From Armatimonadota bacterium (GTDB lineage Bacteria > Armatimonadota > SYMT01), in assembly GCA_046292385.1 (NCBI GenBank), contig JBKBRF010000021.1, positions 1 through 64,000 on the forward strand: a stretch of DNA of 64,000 bases, in the 5' to 3' direction. The position numbers were made by a program, and so were the translations under genes. Positions 30,605 through 40,712 of this stretch are shown one piece after another; positions within the stretch are counted from its first letter, which is position 1, and each line of letters opens with the position of its first letter. The notes below the pieces were generated by a model. That model was not told where the DNA came from, made no database searches, and was given only the letters and a program-made list of their open reading frames with translations.

Positions 30605-31172
30605 TCACGGGGAACGTGACCTCAACGATCTCGCGGTTTCCGAGCGCGAAGCCGAGCTCCTGAGCGGCGCCCCAGGCACTGATGCTGTTCAGGCTGGAGA
30701 TGAAGAGCTGGTGCAGCTCCCGCCAACCTCCGGCGGCGCCGCCCCCTACTCCCGGCAGCAGGTCCGCGGCCGCATCCCTCAGCTTCGTCCAGATCGCGCC
30801 GGTGAACGGCCGCGCTCCGGAATGCTCCCGTCCGATGATCCGGAAGAGGTGTTCCACTTCCTCCTCGTGCGCCCGTGCCCGCTCCGCCACCCCTTCCAGC
30901 AGTTGCCGGAGGTGGCTCTCGTGGATCCGGTCCAGGGTGTCCTCCGCCAGCTCCCGGTACCCCGTCTGGATCGTTCGGACGTTGCCGAACCAGTGGGCGG
31001 CGCGGTCGAGGAACTCCTGCCAGGTCGCCTCCTCCAGCTCGATCGCGATCGGGCGAGCCGCGGGGGGCGCGCCGCCGTCCGGCCCGCCGTGGACCGGCTG
31101 CAGCACCTGCGACTCCGGCGCGTGCGGAGGCGGAACCGGAGTTTGCAGCGGGGGAATCGTCGCCGGGTTCAT
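30516..31172 (-). CDS. ferritin-like helical hypothetical protein
   Basis: Helical ORF directly downstream of the dehydrogenase gene, with AGGAG RBS. Confidence 0.7.
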   Translation of the reverse strand: MNPATIPPLQTPVPPPHAPESQVLQPVHGGPDGGAPPAARPIAIELEEATWQEFLDRAAHWFGNVRTIQTGYRELAEDTLDRIHESHLRQLLEGVAERARAHEEEVEHLFRIIGREHSGARPFTGAIWTKLRDAAADLLPGVGGGAAGGWRELHQLFISSLNSISAWGAAQELGFALGNREIVEVTFPVINEKFSQHRMLQEVLMETATLSILYRVDV

Positions 31173-31183
31173 CGGCTTGCTCC

Positions 31184-32644
31184 TTACTCACGCGTGACTC
31201 GCCAGAGCACCCCGGTGTGGGCGTAGGCGACCAGCAGGCTTTTCGTGGCGGTGTTCAGGCCGAAGTCGAGGACGTAGAGACTGCGCCCGTCCGGGCTGAA
31301 GGCGCAATCGACGGGCCGCTCCAGGCCTCCGGTCCCCGGGTGGGCGGAGGCGGGTCCCGGCAGCCGGTTGCGCAGGAAGACCTCCGACCGGCCGGTGTCC
31401 GGATCGATCGCCACCACGTTGAAGCCGTGGTGCTCGTGCTCCGGCCGCACGGAGTTCAGAGGCCAGTAGGTCCCGAACTGGCACAGGAACAGCTTGCCGG
31501 CGTGCCCGAACTCCGTATGCGGACAGTAAGCGAGGCTCCCGTTCCCGGTGTGGGGCTCGTTGAGGTAGACGGCCGGCCCGGCCCACGGCGGCGGATCGGA
31601 GAGGAGCCGCTTCGGTACGGGCCCGCGCCGTGGATGGTGCGCCGGGTTGTCGACCGGCAGCCCGTCTCCGCAGATGTCCGGGAAGCCGTACCAATCCGGA
31701 GTGGTGACCGAGCCGTGCGGCGTACGGGCGTTCCGGATGCGCCAGACGCGGCCCGGGTCCTGCCCCACGGGGCGCGGGTCCTTCTCTTCCATGCAGAGAT
31801 CCGCCACGTAGAGGTCGCCGTCCGGGCTGAAGGTCATTCCCCACGGGTTCCGCACGCCCCACGCGATCAGCTCCACCTCGGTGCCATCCGGCCGGCAGCG
31901 CCAGATCCCGGTGCTGCACCAGAGCTCTCCCGGGATCTTCTCTCTGGGTTGGGATGGCACGCCGTACGGCTGGTACGCGCCGGTCTCGGTGAGGAAGGGG
32001 TAGGCGGCGGCCGGATGCCGGCTCCAGTCGTTCTCCCCGGTCAGCGTGACGTCCTGTCCGGGCACGTCGTGGGCCATCGGGTGCTTGGCGACGTCGACCG
32101 TGAACCCGGCAGGCCCCACGATCCCATTCAGGCTGACGCTGCCGTGCCCGAAGTAGAGCAGCCCGTCATGCGGTCCGATCACCGGGCCGCCCGGCTCGTG
32201 CCAGCCGCCGCTCGGCATCTGCTCGATCAGGGTCCGGCGCTGCCGCGTGGTGCGGTCGTACACGTCGATCCGCCCGCAGTAGCCGCCCTTCGCGCTGACG
32301 TAGACCGAGTGGTCCAGGAACGCGAAGCCCCGCGGGCCGGCCAGCTCCTCCGTGGCGAAGACCTCCAGCTCACCCGAAGCGGGGTCGTAGGTGAGGATGC
32401 GCGGCGGCATCGCCGGCCGGGTGGGCCAGGTGCTCCCTCCCTCGCCGATGAACAGGACCCCATCCGGCGCGAACTCGAGCTTGGCCGGCAGCGAGAGGCC
32501 GACGATCAACGGCTCCACCCGGTAGTCGGGCGGGGCGACCACGTCGTCCGCGTTCACGCAGGGGCGTGCGGTCGTCGGCAGGCTGCGCAGTCCCTCGACC
32601 GTGGTATGCGTGGTCGGAAACGATCGGATCTCCTCGAGCGTCAT
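31184..32644 (-). CDS. glucose/sorbosone dehydrogenase family beta-propeller
   Basis: GVRNPWG, WYGFPD, GLERPVDCAF. Confidence 0.85.
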   Translation of the reverse strand: MTLEEIRSFPTTHTTVEGLRSLPTTARPCVNADDVVAPPDYRVEPLIVGLSLPAKLEFAPDGVLFIGEGGSTWPTRPAMPPRILTYDPASGELEVFATEELAGPRGFAFLDHSVYVSAKGGYCGRIDVYDRTTRQRRTLIEQMPSGGWHEPGGPVIGPHDGLLYFGHGSVSLNGIVGPAGFTVDVAKHPMAHDVPGQDVTLTGENDWSRHPAAAYPFLTETGAYQPYGVPSQPREKIPGELWCSTGIWRCRPDGTEVELIAWGVRNPWGMTFSPDGDLYVADLCMEEKDPRPVGQDPGRVWRIRNARTPHGSVTTPDWYGFPDICGDGLPVDNPAHHPRRGPVPKRLLSDPPPWAGPAVYLNEPHTGNGSLAYCPHTEFGHAGKLFLCQFGTYWPLNSVRPEHEHHGFNVVAIDPDTGRSEVFLRNRLPGPASAHPGTGGLERPVDCAFSPDGRSLYVLDFGLNTATKSLLVAYAHTGVLWRVTRE

Positions 32645-32844
32645 CGGAGTCCCTCCTGCTTACCGAAGGGCTGCGGGCGCACCCGGAGCGCTGCCGGGGA
32701 CCGTCACCCTGCGGTGCCCACATCCGCGCCGGGCGCAAACTGCCTCCGGGGGAGAAGTGGCAGGGACTCGGCATCTTATAATCGGAAGGAAGCCGATCGG
32801 CGCCGCGGCCCGCGCGGTGGCTGCGGCGCCCGGAGGAGACGAGA

Positions 32845-33249
32845 GTGCATCACGGAAGCTGCCTTTGCGGAGCAGTCCGCTATGAGATCGAGGGCGAGCT
32901 GGGACCCTTCGTGTTCTGCCACTGCGCGCGCTGCCGGAAGGCGAACGGCAGCGCGTTCAATGCGGCGACCGGCGTGGCGACCGACCGGTTCCGCGTGGTG
33001 GCCGGCCGGGACTCGCTGGCCGAGTTCCAGTCGTCCCCGGGCGTCTACCGGGTCTTCTGCGGGGGCTGCGGATCGCCCCTCTACAGCCGGCGCGACTACA
33101 TGCCGGAGACGATCCGGCTCCGCATCGGGACGCTCGATACCCCGGTGGAGGGCCGGCCCGCCGCCCACATCTTCGTGAGCGAGCGGGCCGAGTGGTTCGA
33201 GATCTGCGACGACGCACCGCAGTACCCGGAGCTTCCGCCGACCCGGTGA
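32845..33249 (+). CDS. GFA family protein
   Basis: GSCLCG, CHCARCRK, FCGGCGS. Confidence 0.93.
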   Translation: MHHGSCLCGAVRYEIEGELGPFVFCHCARCRKANGSAFNAATGVATDRFRVVAGRDSLAEFQSSPGVYRVFCGGCGSPLYSRRDYMPETIRLRIGTLDTPVEGRPAAHIFVSERAEWFEICDDAPQYPELPPTR

Positions 33250-33265
33250 GCCGCCGCGCCCTGGC

Positions 33266-34477
33266 TTAGCGCGACGCCTGGAAGAGGCGGGGAGCGAACT
33301 GGCCGAGGTAGTCTCGCCAGTTGGTCCAGGTGTGCCCGCCTTCCGACTCGATATACTCCGGCCGGAAGCCGTGGCGCTTGAACAGGTCGACGGTGTTCCG
33401 CGTGATCTGGAGCAGGAAGTCCTCTTTGCCGGTGTTGAACCAGAGCAGCCGCAGCCCTTTCTTCGCGTCGTTCTCCAGCAGGGCCTTGTTCTCGGCTTCC
33501 CAGGCGGTGGAGCTCCCCGTGGCGGGCGCGCCGGCCGCGCCGGCCGCGCCGCGGCCGAGCTGGAAGGCGTTGAAGAGGCCGGAGCTGAAGACGCCGACGT
33601 ACGCGAACTTCTCCAGGTTCGGCAGCGCGACGTTCAGGGTCTGGCCGCCGCCCATCGAGAGCCCCGCGATCGCGCGGTTCTCCCGCCCCTTCAGCACGCG
33701 GTAGCTCTTCTCCACGTACGGCATCACGTCGGTTGTGAAGTCGGCGACGAACTCGTCGCGGGTCGGCTGGGAGACGGCCGGGGGCGGCGGGCCGCCAAAG
33801 GTGAAGCCGCGCGTGTGGCCGGCGGGCATCACCACCAGCATCGGCTTCGCCTTCCCCGCGGCGATCAGGTTGTCCAGGATGAAGCCGGCCCGGCCGACGG
33901 TGGGCCAGGAGTCGTCCGAGTCGCCCGCGCCGTGCAGCAGGTAGAAGACCGGGTAGCGGCCGTTGCCCTTCTCGTAGCCCGGCGGGGTGTAGACGTGCAT
34001 CCGCCGGAAGCGGTTCAGCGCGGTGGAGTAGTAAGTCACCTCTGAGACCGCGCCGTGCGGCACCTGCTGCGTGTCGCTGAGGTCGGACCCCGGCACGTAG
34101 ACCAGGCTCCAAGAGCTGGAGACCGACTCGCTGGTGGCGGGGTTCCGGGGATCGAGCACTGGGACGCCGTCCACCTGGAACTGGTAGCGGTAGGCTCCGG
34201 GCGGGACCGGCCCCACCGTGGTCTCCCAGACGCCGCTCTCCTGGCGGGTCATCGCCGCGCCCGGCCCCAGGCCGGGGAGATCGCTGCCGGAGAGCCGCAC
34301 CGCGTCCGACTGCGGCGCGTAGATGCGGAAGGTGATGCGGCGGTCGGACCGCACTTCCGGCGAGTTGACGGTCGCGGCGACCGGCGGTCGCTGGGCCTGG
34401 CCCCAGGCAGCTCCGCCCGCGCCGAGCAGCAGCACCGGCAGGAGATAGGCAGCGATACGGGAGTGAGGGATCGTCAT
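33266..34477 (-). CDS. secreted esterase (E-set domain plus alpha/beta hydrolase)
   Basis: YTPPGY, YLLHG, GLSMGG, GGHTW. Confidence 0.92.
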   Translation of the reverse strand: MTIPHSRIAAYLLPVLLLGAGGAAWGQAQRPPVAATVNSPEVRSDRRITFRIYAPQSDAVRLSGSDLPGLGPGAAMTRQESGVWETTVGPVPPGAYRYQFQVDGVPVLDPRNPATSESVSSSWSLVYVPGSDLSDTQQVPHGAVSEVTYYSTALNRFRRMHVYTPPGYEKGNGRYPVFYLLHGAGDSDDSWPTVGRAGFILDNLIAAGKAKPMLVVMPAGHTRGFTFGGPPPPAVSQPTRDEFVADFTTDVMPYVEKSYRVLKGRENRAIAGLSMGGGQTLNVALPNLEKFAYVGVFSSGLFNAFQLGRGAAGAAGAPATGSSTAWEAENKALLENDAKKGLRLLWFNTGKEDFLLQITRNTVDLFKRHGFRPEYIESEGGHTWTNWRDYLGQFAPRLFQASR

Positions 34478-34721
34478 CGTCTTCGATGCTCCAGGGTGAG
34501 AAGTGAAATCGCCGGATTCGGAGTGATCCGCTTACGTCTGGGACCGGCCGTTCAGCGCAGAGAGAATGCCGCACCTTCTCGCCCGGTGTCCACATGATCG
34601 AACCGCCGCTTTGCCGCGTGGGACCAGCGGCGGTGACGCGGAAACGGCGGAGAAGAAGGGGCGGCGCGGCTCCAGGTCACACAAGCAGTTAGCGAACTGA
34701 TTCCTCCGTGGGGAGCCACCG

Positions 34722-36863
34722 ATGAGAATGAACCAGAGGACCTGGATTACGCTGGGCGGGGCAGTGCTCGTCTCCTCCTGCGCGGTCGCCGCCACGCGGC
34801 TGGCGGCGGCTCCGCCGACGACGGCGAAGGGGAGCGCGGAGGGCCGGTCCGACTGGCCGAGCTACGGCGGAAGCCCGGACGGCATCCGGTACTCCGGCCT
34901 GACCCAGATCAACCGGGAGAACGTCGGGCTGCTCGAGGTGGCGTGGACCTTCGACACGGGCGAGGGCCCGGGCGGCACACAGGCGCAGCCGCTGGTCACC
35001 GGCGGCGTGCTCTACACCGTGACCCCGAAGCACAACGTCGTGGCGCTCGACGCCGCCACCGGGAAGCAGCTCTGGAAGTTCGAGTCCGGCGTCACCGGGC
35101 GCGGCGCCAACCGCGGGGTCGCCTACTGGACCAGCGGCGGCGAGCGGCGGCTCTTCGCCTCCGTCCAGCACTGGCTCTACGCGCTCGACCCGGCCACCGG
35201 CAAGCCGATCCCGGGCTTCGGCACCGGCGGGCGGATCGACCTGCGGGAGGGCCTGGGCCGCGACCCGGCGAAGCAGTCGATCTTGCTGACCACGCCCGGA
35301 ATCGTCTACAAAGACTTGCTCATCGTCGGCGGGCGCACCTCCGAGGGGCTGCCCGCCACGCCGGGCGACATCCGCGCCTACGACGTGCGCACCGGCCGCA
35401 CGCGCTGGACGTTCCACACCATTCCCCGCCCCGGCGAGTACGGCTTCAAGACGTGGCCCCCGCTGGCCTACAAGGTGACCGGCTCCGCTAACAACTGGGC
35501 CGGGATGGCGGTCGACGTCAAGCGGGGGCTCGTCTTCGCCCCGACCGGCTCCTCCGCCATGGACTTCTACGGCGCCAACCGCCACGGCGACAACCTCTTC
35601 GCCAACTCGCTCCTGGCGCTCGACGCGGATACCGGCAAGCGCGTCTGGCACTTCCAGGCGGTGAAGCACGACATCTGGGACCGCGACTTCCCCTCGCCTC
35701 CCGCGCTGGTGCGGGTGAAGCGCGGCCGCCGCTGGATCGACGCGGTGGCCCAGACCACCAAGACGGGTCACGTCTACGTCTTCGAGCGGTCCAACGGCAA
35801 GCCGCTCTTCCCGATCAAGTACCGGGAGTACCCCCCGAGCGATGTCCCCGGGGAAGTCACCGCGAAAACGCAGCCCCTCCCCACCAAGCCGGCCCCCTTC
35901 GCGCGGCAGTCGGTGACGGAGGGGATGCTGACCCAGCGGACGCCCGAGGCGCACCAGTGGGCCGTGGAAAAGTTCCGCACCTTCCACGGGGGCACGCCGT
36001 TCGTGCCGTTCCGCGTGGGCCAGGAGACGATCATCTTCCCCGGCTTCGACGGCGGCGCCGAGTGGGGTGGACCCGCGTACGACCCCGAGAGCGGACTGCT
36101 CTACGTCAACGCCAACGACCTCGTCTGGACTGCCAGCCTGGCGAAGAACGACCACGCGAAGACCGGGCGCCAGCTCTACCTGCAGAACTGCGCCAACTGC
36201 CACGGCGACACCCTGGCGGGGGCGCCGCCGCAGATGCCGTCGCTTCTGAAGCTCGACCCGAAGTGGGACCTCGCCGCGGTCTCGAAGATCACCCGCGAAG
36301 GCGCCGGCCGGATGCCCGGCTTCCCGAACCTCTCGCCGGAGGACGTGAAGGCGGTCTCCGAGTACGTGCTGAGCGGCGAGAGCAAGCCGATCGATCCGGA
36401 CGAGGCGGCGGTTACTCAGCTCGACTACCGCTTCACCGGCTACCACAAGTTCCTCGATCCGGACGGCTATCCGGCGGTCGCGCCGCCGTGGGGCACACTG
36501 AACGCCATCAATCTGAGCACCGGGGAGTATGCCTGGAAGATCCCGTTCGGCGAATACCCGGAGCTGGCGGCGAAGGGCCTGAAGAACACCGGCAGCGAGA
36601 ACTACGGCGGGCCGGTCGTTACCGCCGGCGGGCTGCTCTTCATCGCGGCGACGAACTACGACCGCAAGCTCCGCGCCTTCGACAAGAGCACCGGCAAGCT
36701 GCTCTGGGAGACGACCCTGCCGTTCGCGGCCAACGCCACCCCCGCAGTCTACGAGGTGGGGGGACGACAGTTCGTGGTGGTCTGCGCCGAGGGGTCAAAG
36801 GGTAGACCGAACGATCCGAAGGGCAGCCGCTACATCGCCTTCGCCCTCCCGGCGAAGCGCTGA
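34722..36863 (+). CDS. PQQ-dependent quinoprotein dehydrogenase with cytochrome c domain
   Basis: YSGLTQIN, HDIWDRD, CANCH, PPWG. Confidence 0.93.
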   Translation: MRMNQRTWITLGGAVLVSSCAVAATRLAAAPPTTAKGSAEGRSDWPSYGGSPDGIRYSGLTQINRENVGLLEVAWTFDTGEGPGGTQAQPLVTGGVLYTVTPKHNVVALDAATGKQLWKFESGVTGRGANRGVAYWTSGGERRLFASVQHWLYALDPATGKPIPGFGTGGRIDLREGLGRDPAKQSILLTTPGIVYKDLLIVGGRTSEGLPATPGDIRAYDVRTGRTRWTFHTIPRPGEYGFKTWPPLAYKVTGSANNWAGMAVDVKRGLVFAPTGSSAMDFYGANRHGDNLFANSLLALDADTGKRVWHFQAVKHDIWDRDFPSPPALVRVKRGRRWIDAVAQTTKTGHVYVFERSNGKPLFPIKYREYPPSDVPGEVTAKTQPLPTKPAPFARQSVTEGMLTQRTPEAHQWAVEKFRTFHGGTPFVPFRVGQETIIFPGFDGGAEWGGPAYDPESGLLYVNANDLVWTASLAKNDHAKTGRQLYLQNCANCHGDTLAGAPPQMPSLLKLDPKWDLAAVSKITREGAGRMPGFPNLSPEDVKAVSEYVLSGESKPIDPDEAAVTQLDYRFTGYHKFLDPDGYPAVAPPWGTLNAINLSTGEYAWKIPFGEYPELAAKGLKNTGSENYGGPVVTAGGLLFIAATNYDRKLRAFDKSTGKLLWETTLPFAANATPAVYEVGGRQFVVVCAEGSKGRPNDPKGSRYIAFALPAKR

Positions 36864-36898
36864 GGGAAACGTGCGGAGATTGAGGTGGCCAGCCGCCT

Positions 36899-36950
36899 CG
36901 CCTCGGACTGAAGTCGAGGCTACAGAGAGCAAAGCCCGCCTGCGCGGGCT
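36899..36950 (-). repeat. REP-like palindromic element
   Basis: Minus strand CAGCCCGCGCAGGCGGGCT...GTAG-CCTCGACTTCAGTCCGAGG; single copy in window. Confidence 0.45.
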
Positions 36951-37040
36951 GAGGACAGCCGCGCAGCGATTGCATTCTATTCCTGGTGTTCGGAATAGTT
37001 GGTCGGCGGCTGGGGGGCCATCCAGCCGCCGACCGGCTCC

Positions 37041-37982
37041 TTACTTCAGGCCCTTCAGCCACTGGATCGCGCCCGGGATTCCCTGCTGGACCATCGAGTC
37101 GTAGTGATCGCCGCTCGGCACGCGGACCAAGGTTACGTTTGGGTTCTTCGCCTGGACCGCGGCGGCGAGGCGGATTGACTCCTGCGGCGGAACAACGCTG
37201 TCGTCGCCCGCGTGGAACAGGTAGAGCGGCTGCTTCAGGTGCTCGGCGTTTCGCACCGGGGAGGTCTGCCGGACGAAGTCCCGGTAGCCCGGCACCACGG
37301 AGGAGAGCGCGTCGATGAGCTGCGGTCCCAGCCGCCCTTCCAGGTCCGTACACGGCGCGAACGCCACGCATCCCTTCACCCGCGGCTCCCGCGCCGCCAC
37401 TTGCAGCGCCAGAGTCGCCGCGGAGCTGTGCCCGGCCGCGTAGATGCGCGCCGGGTCGACCGCCGGAACCTTCTCCGCTACGTAGTCGAGCGCCAGCCGC
37501 GCGTTCGCCACGCCGCCCTCCGCGGCCTTGAACGCCGAAACTGCCGCGATCAGCTCGGGGTCGCTCGCGTTGTCGCTCAGCGGCCCGTCGATCTCATACG
37601 CGACGACCGCAAAGCCGGCGCGGACGTACGGCAGGTGCTCCGGGCGGTCGCCCTCCCCCAGCCCGATCCCGTGGAACAGGCGCGTTCCCGCCGGCCCGAT
37701 CAGGACGCACGGCAGCTTGGCGGCGGCCGGCTCCTCCGGGAGATAGATCCAGAGGGTGCTGCCGCCCTTTCCCCTCGCGAGACGAACCTCGTGCAGCCGG
37801 ACGCCCGGCGCGATCACCCGGCCGGCGCCGAGATCCGGGAACGAGGCCGGCCGCTGAAACGATCCGGCCGGAGCGGCGCCCGTAAGTCGGCTCGCCACCC
37901 AGCCGCAGCCGGGGAGCAGGAGGAGCGCGAGCGCCGCGGCCGAGAGGCCGGGGCGAAGGAATACAGTGTGGGAACTTGCCAT
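37041..37982 (-). CDS. alpha/beta hydrolase (S9 peptidase-like) lipoprotein
   Basis: Lipobox LPGC; GHSSAA nucleophile; DDSVV; GDH. Confidence 0.85.
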   Translation of the reverse strand: MASSHTVFLRPGLSAAALALLLLPGCGWVASRLTGAAPAGSFQRPASFPDLGAGRVIAPGVRLHEVRLARGKGGSTLWIYLPEEPAAAKLPCVLIGPAGTRLFHGIGLGEGDRPEHLPYVRAGFAVVAYEIDGPLSDNASDPELIAAVSAFKAAEGGVANARLALDYVAEKVPAVDPARIYAAGHSSAATLALQVAAREPRVKGCVAFAPCTDLEGRLGPQLIDALSSVVPGYRDFVRQTSPVRNAEHLKQPLYLFHAGDDSVVPPQESIRLAAAVQAKNPNVTLVRVPSGDHYDSMVQQGIPGAIQWLKGLK

Positions 37983-38108
37983 AAACCCGAGTTACGCAGA
38001 TCCGGCCCGCCGAGTGCCCGGCCCGCCGCAGTTGCTCGCCGCCGAACACCGTGAGCGCGAAGGAGGACCTCTCCGGGAGTCGGAACCGGCATTCAGGAGG
38101 GACGACCC

Positions 38109-38942
38109 ATGCGCGTCGGGCATTTCCAGTACGAGGTCCAGCCGGAGGGCTACGCGAGCAACATCGAGACCGTTCTGCGCGGCCTGACCATGGCGGATGC
38201 GCGAGGGGTGGAGATCGTCAGTTTCCCTGAGTGCGGGCTGACAGGCTACTTCGACCGCGAGGAGCCGACCCGCAAGCACGCGCTCTCCCTGGACGGGCCC
38301 GAGATCCGCAGCTTTCTGGAGCAGAGCGGCCACTTCAAGGCGACCTGCATCGTCGGCTTCAACGAGCGGCGCGGGGACGACCTCTACAACACCGCCCTGG
38401 TGGCGCAGGGCGGAAAGCTGCTGGGGACCTACAGCAAGGCGTTCGCGTACCAGCCGTTCCACAAGCGCGGACGGGAGTTCCCCGTGTTCGAGCGCGCGGG
38501 CGTGAAGTTCGGCGTCATCATCTGCGCCGACGGCGGCTACGTGGAGCCGGCGCGGATTCTGGCGCTCAAGGGCGCCCGCATCCTCTTCGCACCCCACTAC
38601 AACTACATCGGCCAGCAGCACCTGCTCAGCCACTTCCAGAACGTCCGCAGCGACCACATCGCGCGTGCCGTCGAGAACGGCGTCTGGTTCGTGCGGGGCA
38701 ACAACTTCGTCCGCGGCCGGGACCGCGGCATGACGACCGACGGGGTCGGCTACGGCGACAGCTACGTCCTCGACCCGTTCGGTGAGATGCTGGTCCGCGC
38801 GCGGCGGCTGGTGGAGGACTTCATCGACGTGGAGATCGACTTCGACACCCCCGCCTACGATCGCGGGCGAGAAGACCGGAGCCGCCGCAGCGCGCGAGAG
38901 TTGGGACATCTCGTCGTGGAAGCCGCCCGGGCACGCGCCTGA
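38109..38942 (+). CDS. carbon-nitrogen hydrolase family protein
   Basis: FPEC, YSK, IICAD, RAVEN. Confidence 0.9.
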   Translation: MRVGHFQYEVQPEGYASNIETVLRGLTMADARGVEIVSFPECGLTGYFDREEPTRKHALSLDGPEIRSFLEQSGHFKATCIVGFNERRGDDLYNTALVAQGGKLLGTYSKAFAYQPFHKRGREFPVFERAGVKFGVIICADGGYVEPARILALKGARILFAPHYNYIGQQHLLSHFQNVRSDHIARAVENGVWFVRGNNFVRGRDRGMTTDGVGYGDSYVLDPFGEMLVRARRLVEDFIDVEIDFDTPAYDRGREDRSRRSARELGHLVVEAARARA

Positions 38943-38947
38943 ATCCC

Positions 38948-39034
38948 GCCGAAGTCGAGTCGGCCGCGGGTGACGGCGACCACCACCTCCCGACCCATGA
39001 TCGTCCGCTCCAGGTGGGCGTCCACACTGTCGTC
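38948..39034 (-). repeat. diverged duplicate of an internal yjbQ segment (matches 39753-39839)
   Basis: GCCGAAGTCGAG.CGGCCGCGGGTGACGGCGACCACCACCTC...CCCATGATCGT...CAGGTGGGCGTC occurs twice, 805 bp apart. Confidence 0.9.
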
Positions 39035-39052
39035 GGCGGGAACGACGTCGCG

Positions 39053-39439
39053 CTACCAGATCCGAGTGACCGGGTACCGGTCTAGAGATGCATCTCCGCT
39101 CACGAGCGGAACCAACTCGGCAATCGCCTGCCCAATCAACAGACGATCGAACGGGTCCCGATGATGGAACGGAAGCGTCGTCAAGACCCCTGTGTGCTCC
39201 GGAAGAATCGGGAGGATCTCGAAACCGTTCCCCTGGATCGCCTCGTACATGAATGCTCGGTATGGCTCGTTGAGAACATACTTCCCCAGGCTGATCTTGA
39301 TAGCGATCTCCCAGTATGAGGCGGGACTCACAAGCACCTGGTTGTCCGGCGCTGCGATCTGCTGACGTGCGACCGCACTGAGGCGTCCGTCCCCGAGTGC
39401 GAACCAGAGCAGTGCGTGCGTGTCCAGGAGAAGTCTCAC
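39053..39439 (-). CDS. vapC: PIN-domain VapC toxin
   Basis: LLLDTHALLW, SYWEIAIK, HRDPFDRLL. Confidence 0.95.
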   Translation of the reverse strand: MRLLLDTHALLWFALGDGRLSAVARQQIAAPDNQVLVSPASYWEIAIKISLGKYVLNEPYRAFMYEAIQGNGFEILPILPEHTGVLTTLPFHHRDPFDRLLIGQAIAELVPLVSGDASLDRYPVTRIW

Positions 39440-39663
39440 CCCGTGTACTCAGCGAAGTCGGACAAGTGTTCGTCATCCTCCGTGAGGATCGTCAACTTCC
39501 CGCGGCAGTTCCCGAAGACCGGTCTTGGTCGATTGCCACGCGGGGGAACCAGTTCCGCCACCGGTTGGGCATCCCGCGTGATGATGATCTCCTCACCGCC
39601 GGCAAGCCGGTCAATCAGCGCGGAGAGTTCACTTTGAGCCTTCTCTACAGAAACCTCCACCAT
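39436..39663 (-). CDS. Phd/YefM family antitoxin
   Basis: AQSELSALID...GEEIIITR...PVAELVP; overlaps the toxin start. Confidence 0.9.
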   Translation of the reverse strand: MVEVSVEKAQSELSALIDRLAGGEEIIITRDAQPVAELVPPRGNRPRPVFGNCRGKLTILTEDDEHLSDFAEYTG

Positions 39664-39674
39664 CTCGTTCCTCC

Positions 39675-40097
39675 TCACTCTCCTATGATTTTAATCAGCA
39701 CCCGCTTGTCGCGCCGGCCGTCGAACTCGCCGTAGAAGATCTGCTCCCAGGTGCCGAAGTCGAGCCGGCCGCGGGTGACGGCGACCACCACCTCGCGGCC
39801 CATGATCGTGCGCTTCAGGTGGGCGTCGGCGTTGTCCTCTCCGGTGCGGTTGTGGTGGTAGACCTCGGGGCTCGGGTTGAACGGCGCCAGCTCCTCCAGC
39901 CACACTTCAAAGTCGTGCCACAAGCCGGGCTCGTGGTCGTTGATGAAGACGCTGCTCGTGATGTGCATCGAGTTGACCAGGCAGAGCCCCTCGCGGATGC
40001 CGCTCTCGCGGAGCTGCTGCTCCACCTGGGGCGTGATGTTCACGAAGCCGCGCTCGGTCGGCACGTGCAGAGTGAGGTAGTGGGTGTGGGATTTCAC
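39675..40097 (-). CDS. yjbQ: YjbQ (UPF0047) family protein
   Basis: [30 protein letters not shown]. Confidence 0.95.
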   Translation of the reverse strand: MKSHTHYLTLHVPTERGFVNITPQVEQQLRESGIREGLCLVNSMHITSSVFINDHEPGLWHDFEVWLEELAPFNPSPEVYHHNRTGEDNADAHLKRTIMGREVVVAVTRGRLDFGTWEQIFYGEFDGRRDKRVLIKIIGE

Positions 40098-40388
40098 GGT
40101 AGGTTGCTCGTTCGGTTAGGAAGGCGGGTACGGGCGCAGGCGCTAGCGCTCTGTCGTTACCGGAAGGGTGCGGCGTGCGCCGGTTGGATAAGCTTCACGC
40201 TTGATGATACCGCCAGAGCATGCGGCGCTGGCCGGCTCCAAGGACTTCCGTCTGTACTACTCCCCGCGAGAGTCTTGCCGGGATGCGCAGATTCTGCCGG
40301 CGGTAATCGCGCGCGTGACCTTGCGAACCGGGAGGAGCCAGTCTCGAGGCCTCTTTGCTTCTCTTCGAGATGCAGCCTCGATCCCGCT

Positions 40389-40631
40389 GTCCGACCCCGC
40401 GCCCTTGTGCCGGGAGGCAGCCCTCCCGCGACGCAGGCCCTCCGCGGCCTTTTCACACTCCGCTGCGCTCCGTTAGCAGGCCGCTACGGGAGCTCACGTC
40501 GAGAAGCTTTTCCCGCGTCACCGCGTTGCACCGCCACAAGAGCAGGGTTCACGGGCTGCCTCCCGACCCTTCGAGTGACCACCCCTGCCGCCCAGGGGTG
40601 GTCACAACTGGCGCCCTACAGGCGCCTCCGG
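40389..40631 (-). repeat. structured dispersed element, copy 2
   Basis: Reverse complement aligns with copy 1 (e.g. AGCGGCCTGCTAACGGAGCG.AGCGGAGTGTGAAAAGGCCGCGGAGGGCC). Confidence 0.85.
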
Positions 40632-40712
40632 TCTGGGCGCGACAGCCAGTCCGCGGGTTAGCCAAAGCCGGTGCAGCACGACCCGCTTCCCGCCAGGCGG
40701 TGTGAGGACCTG

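Noticed and set aside
40201..40476. 91-aa ORF running into element copy 2
   Set aside because: No motif or clear RBS, and its 3' part is translated repeat sequence.
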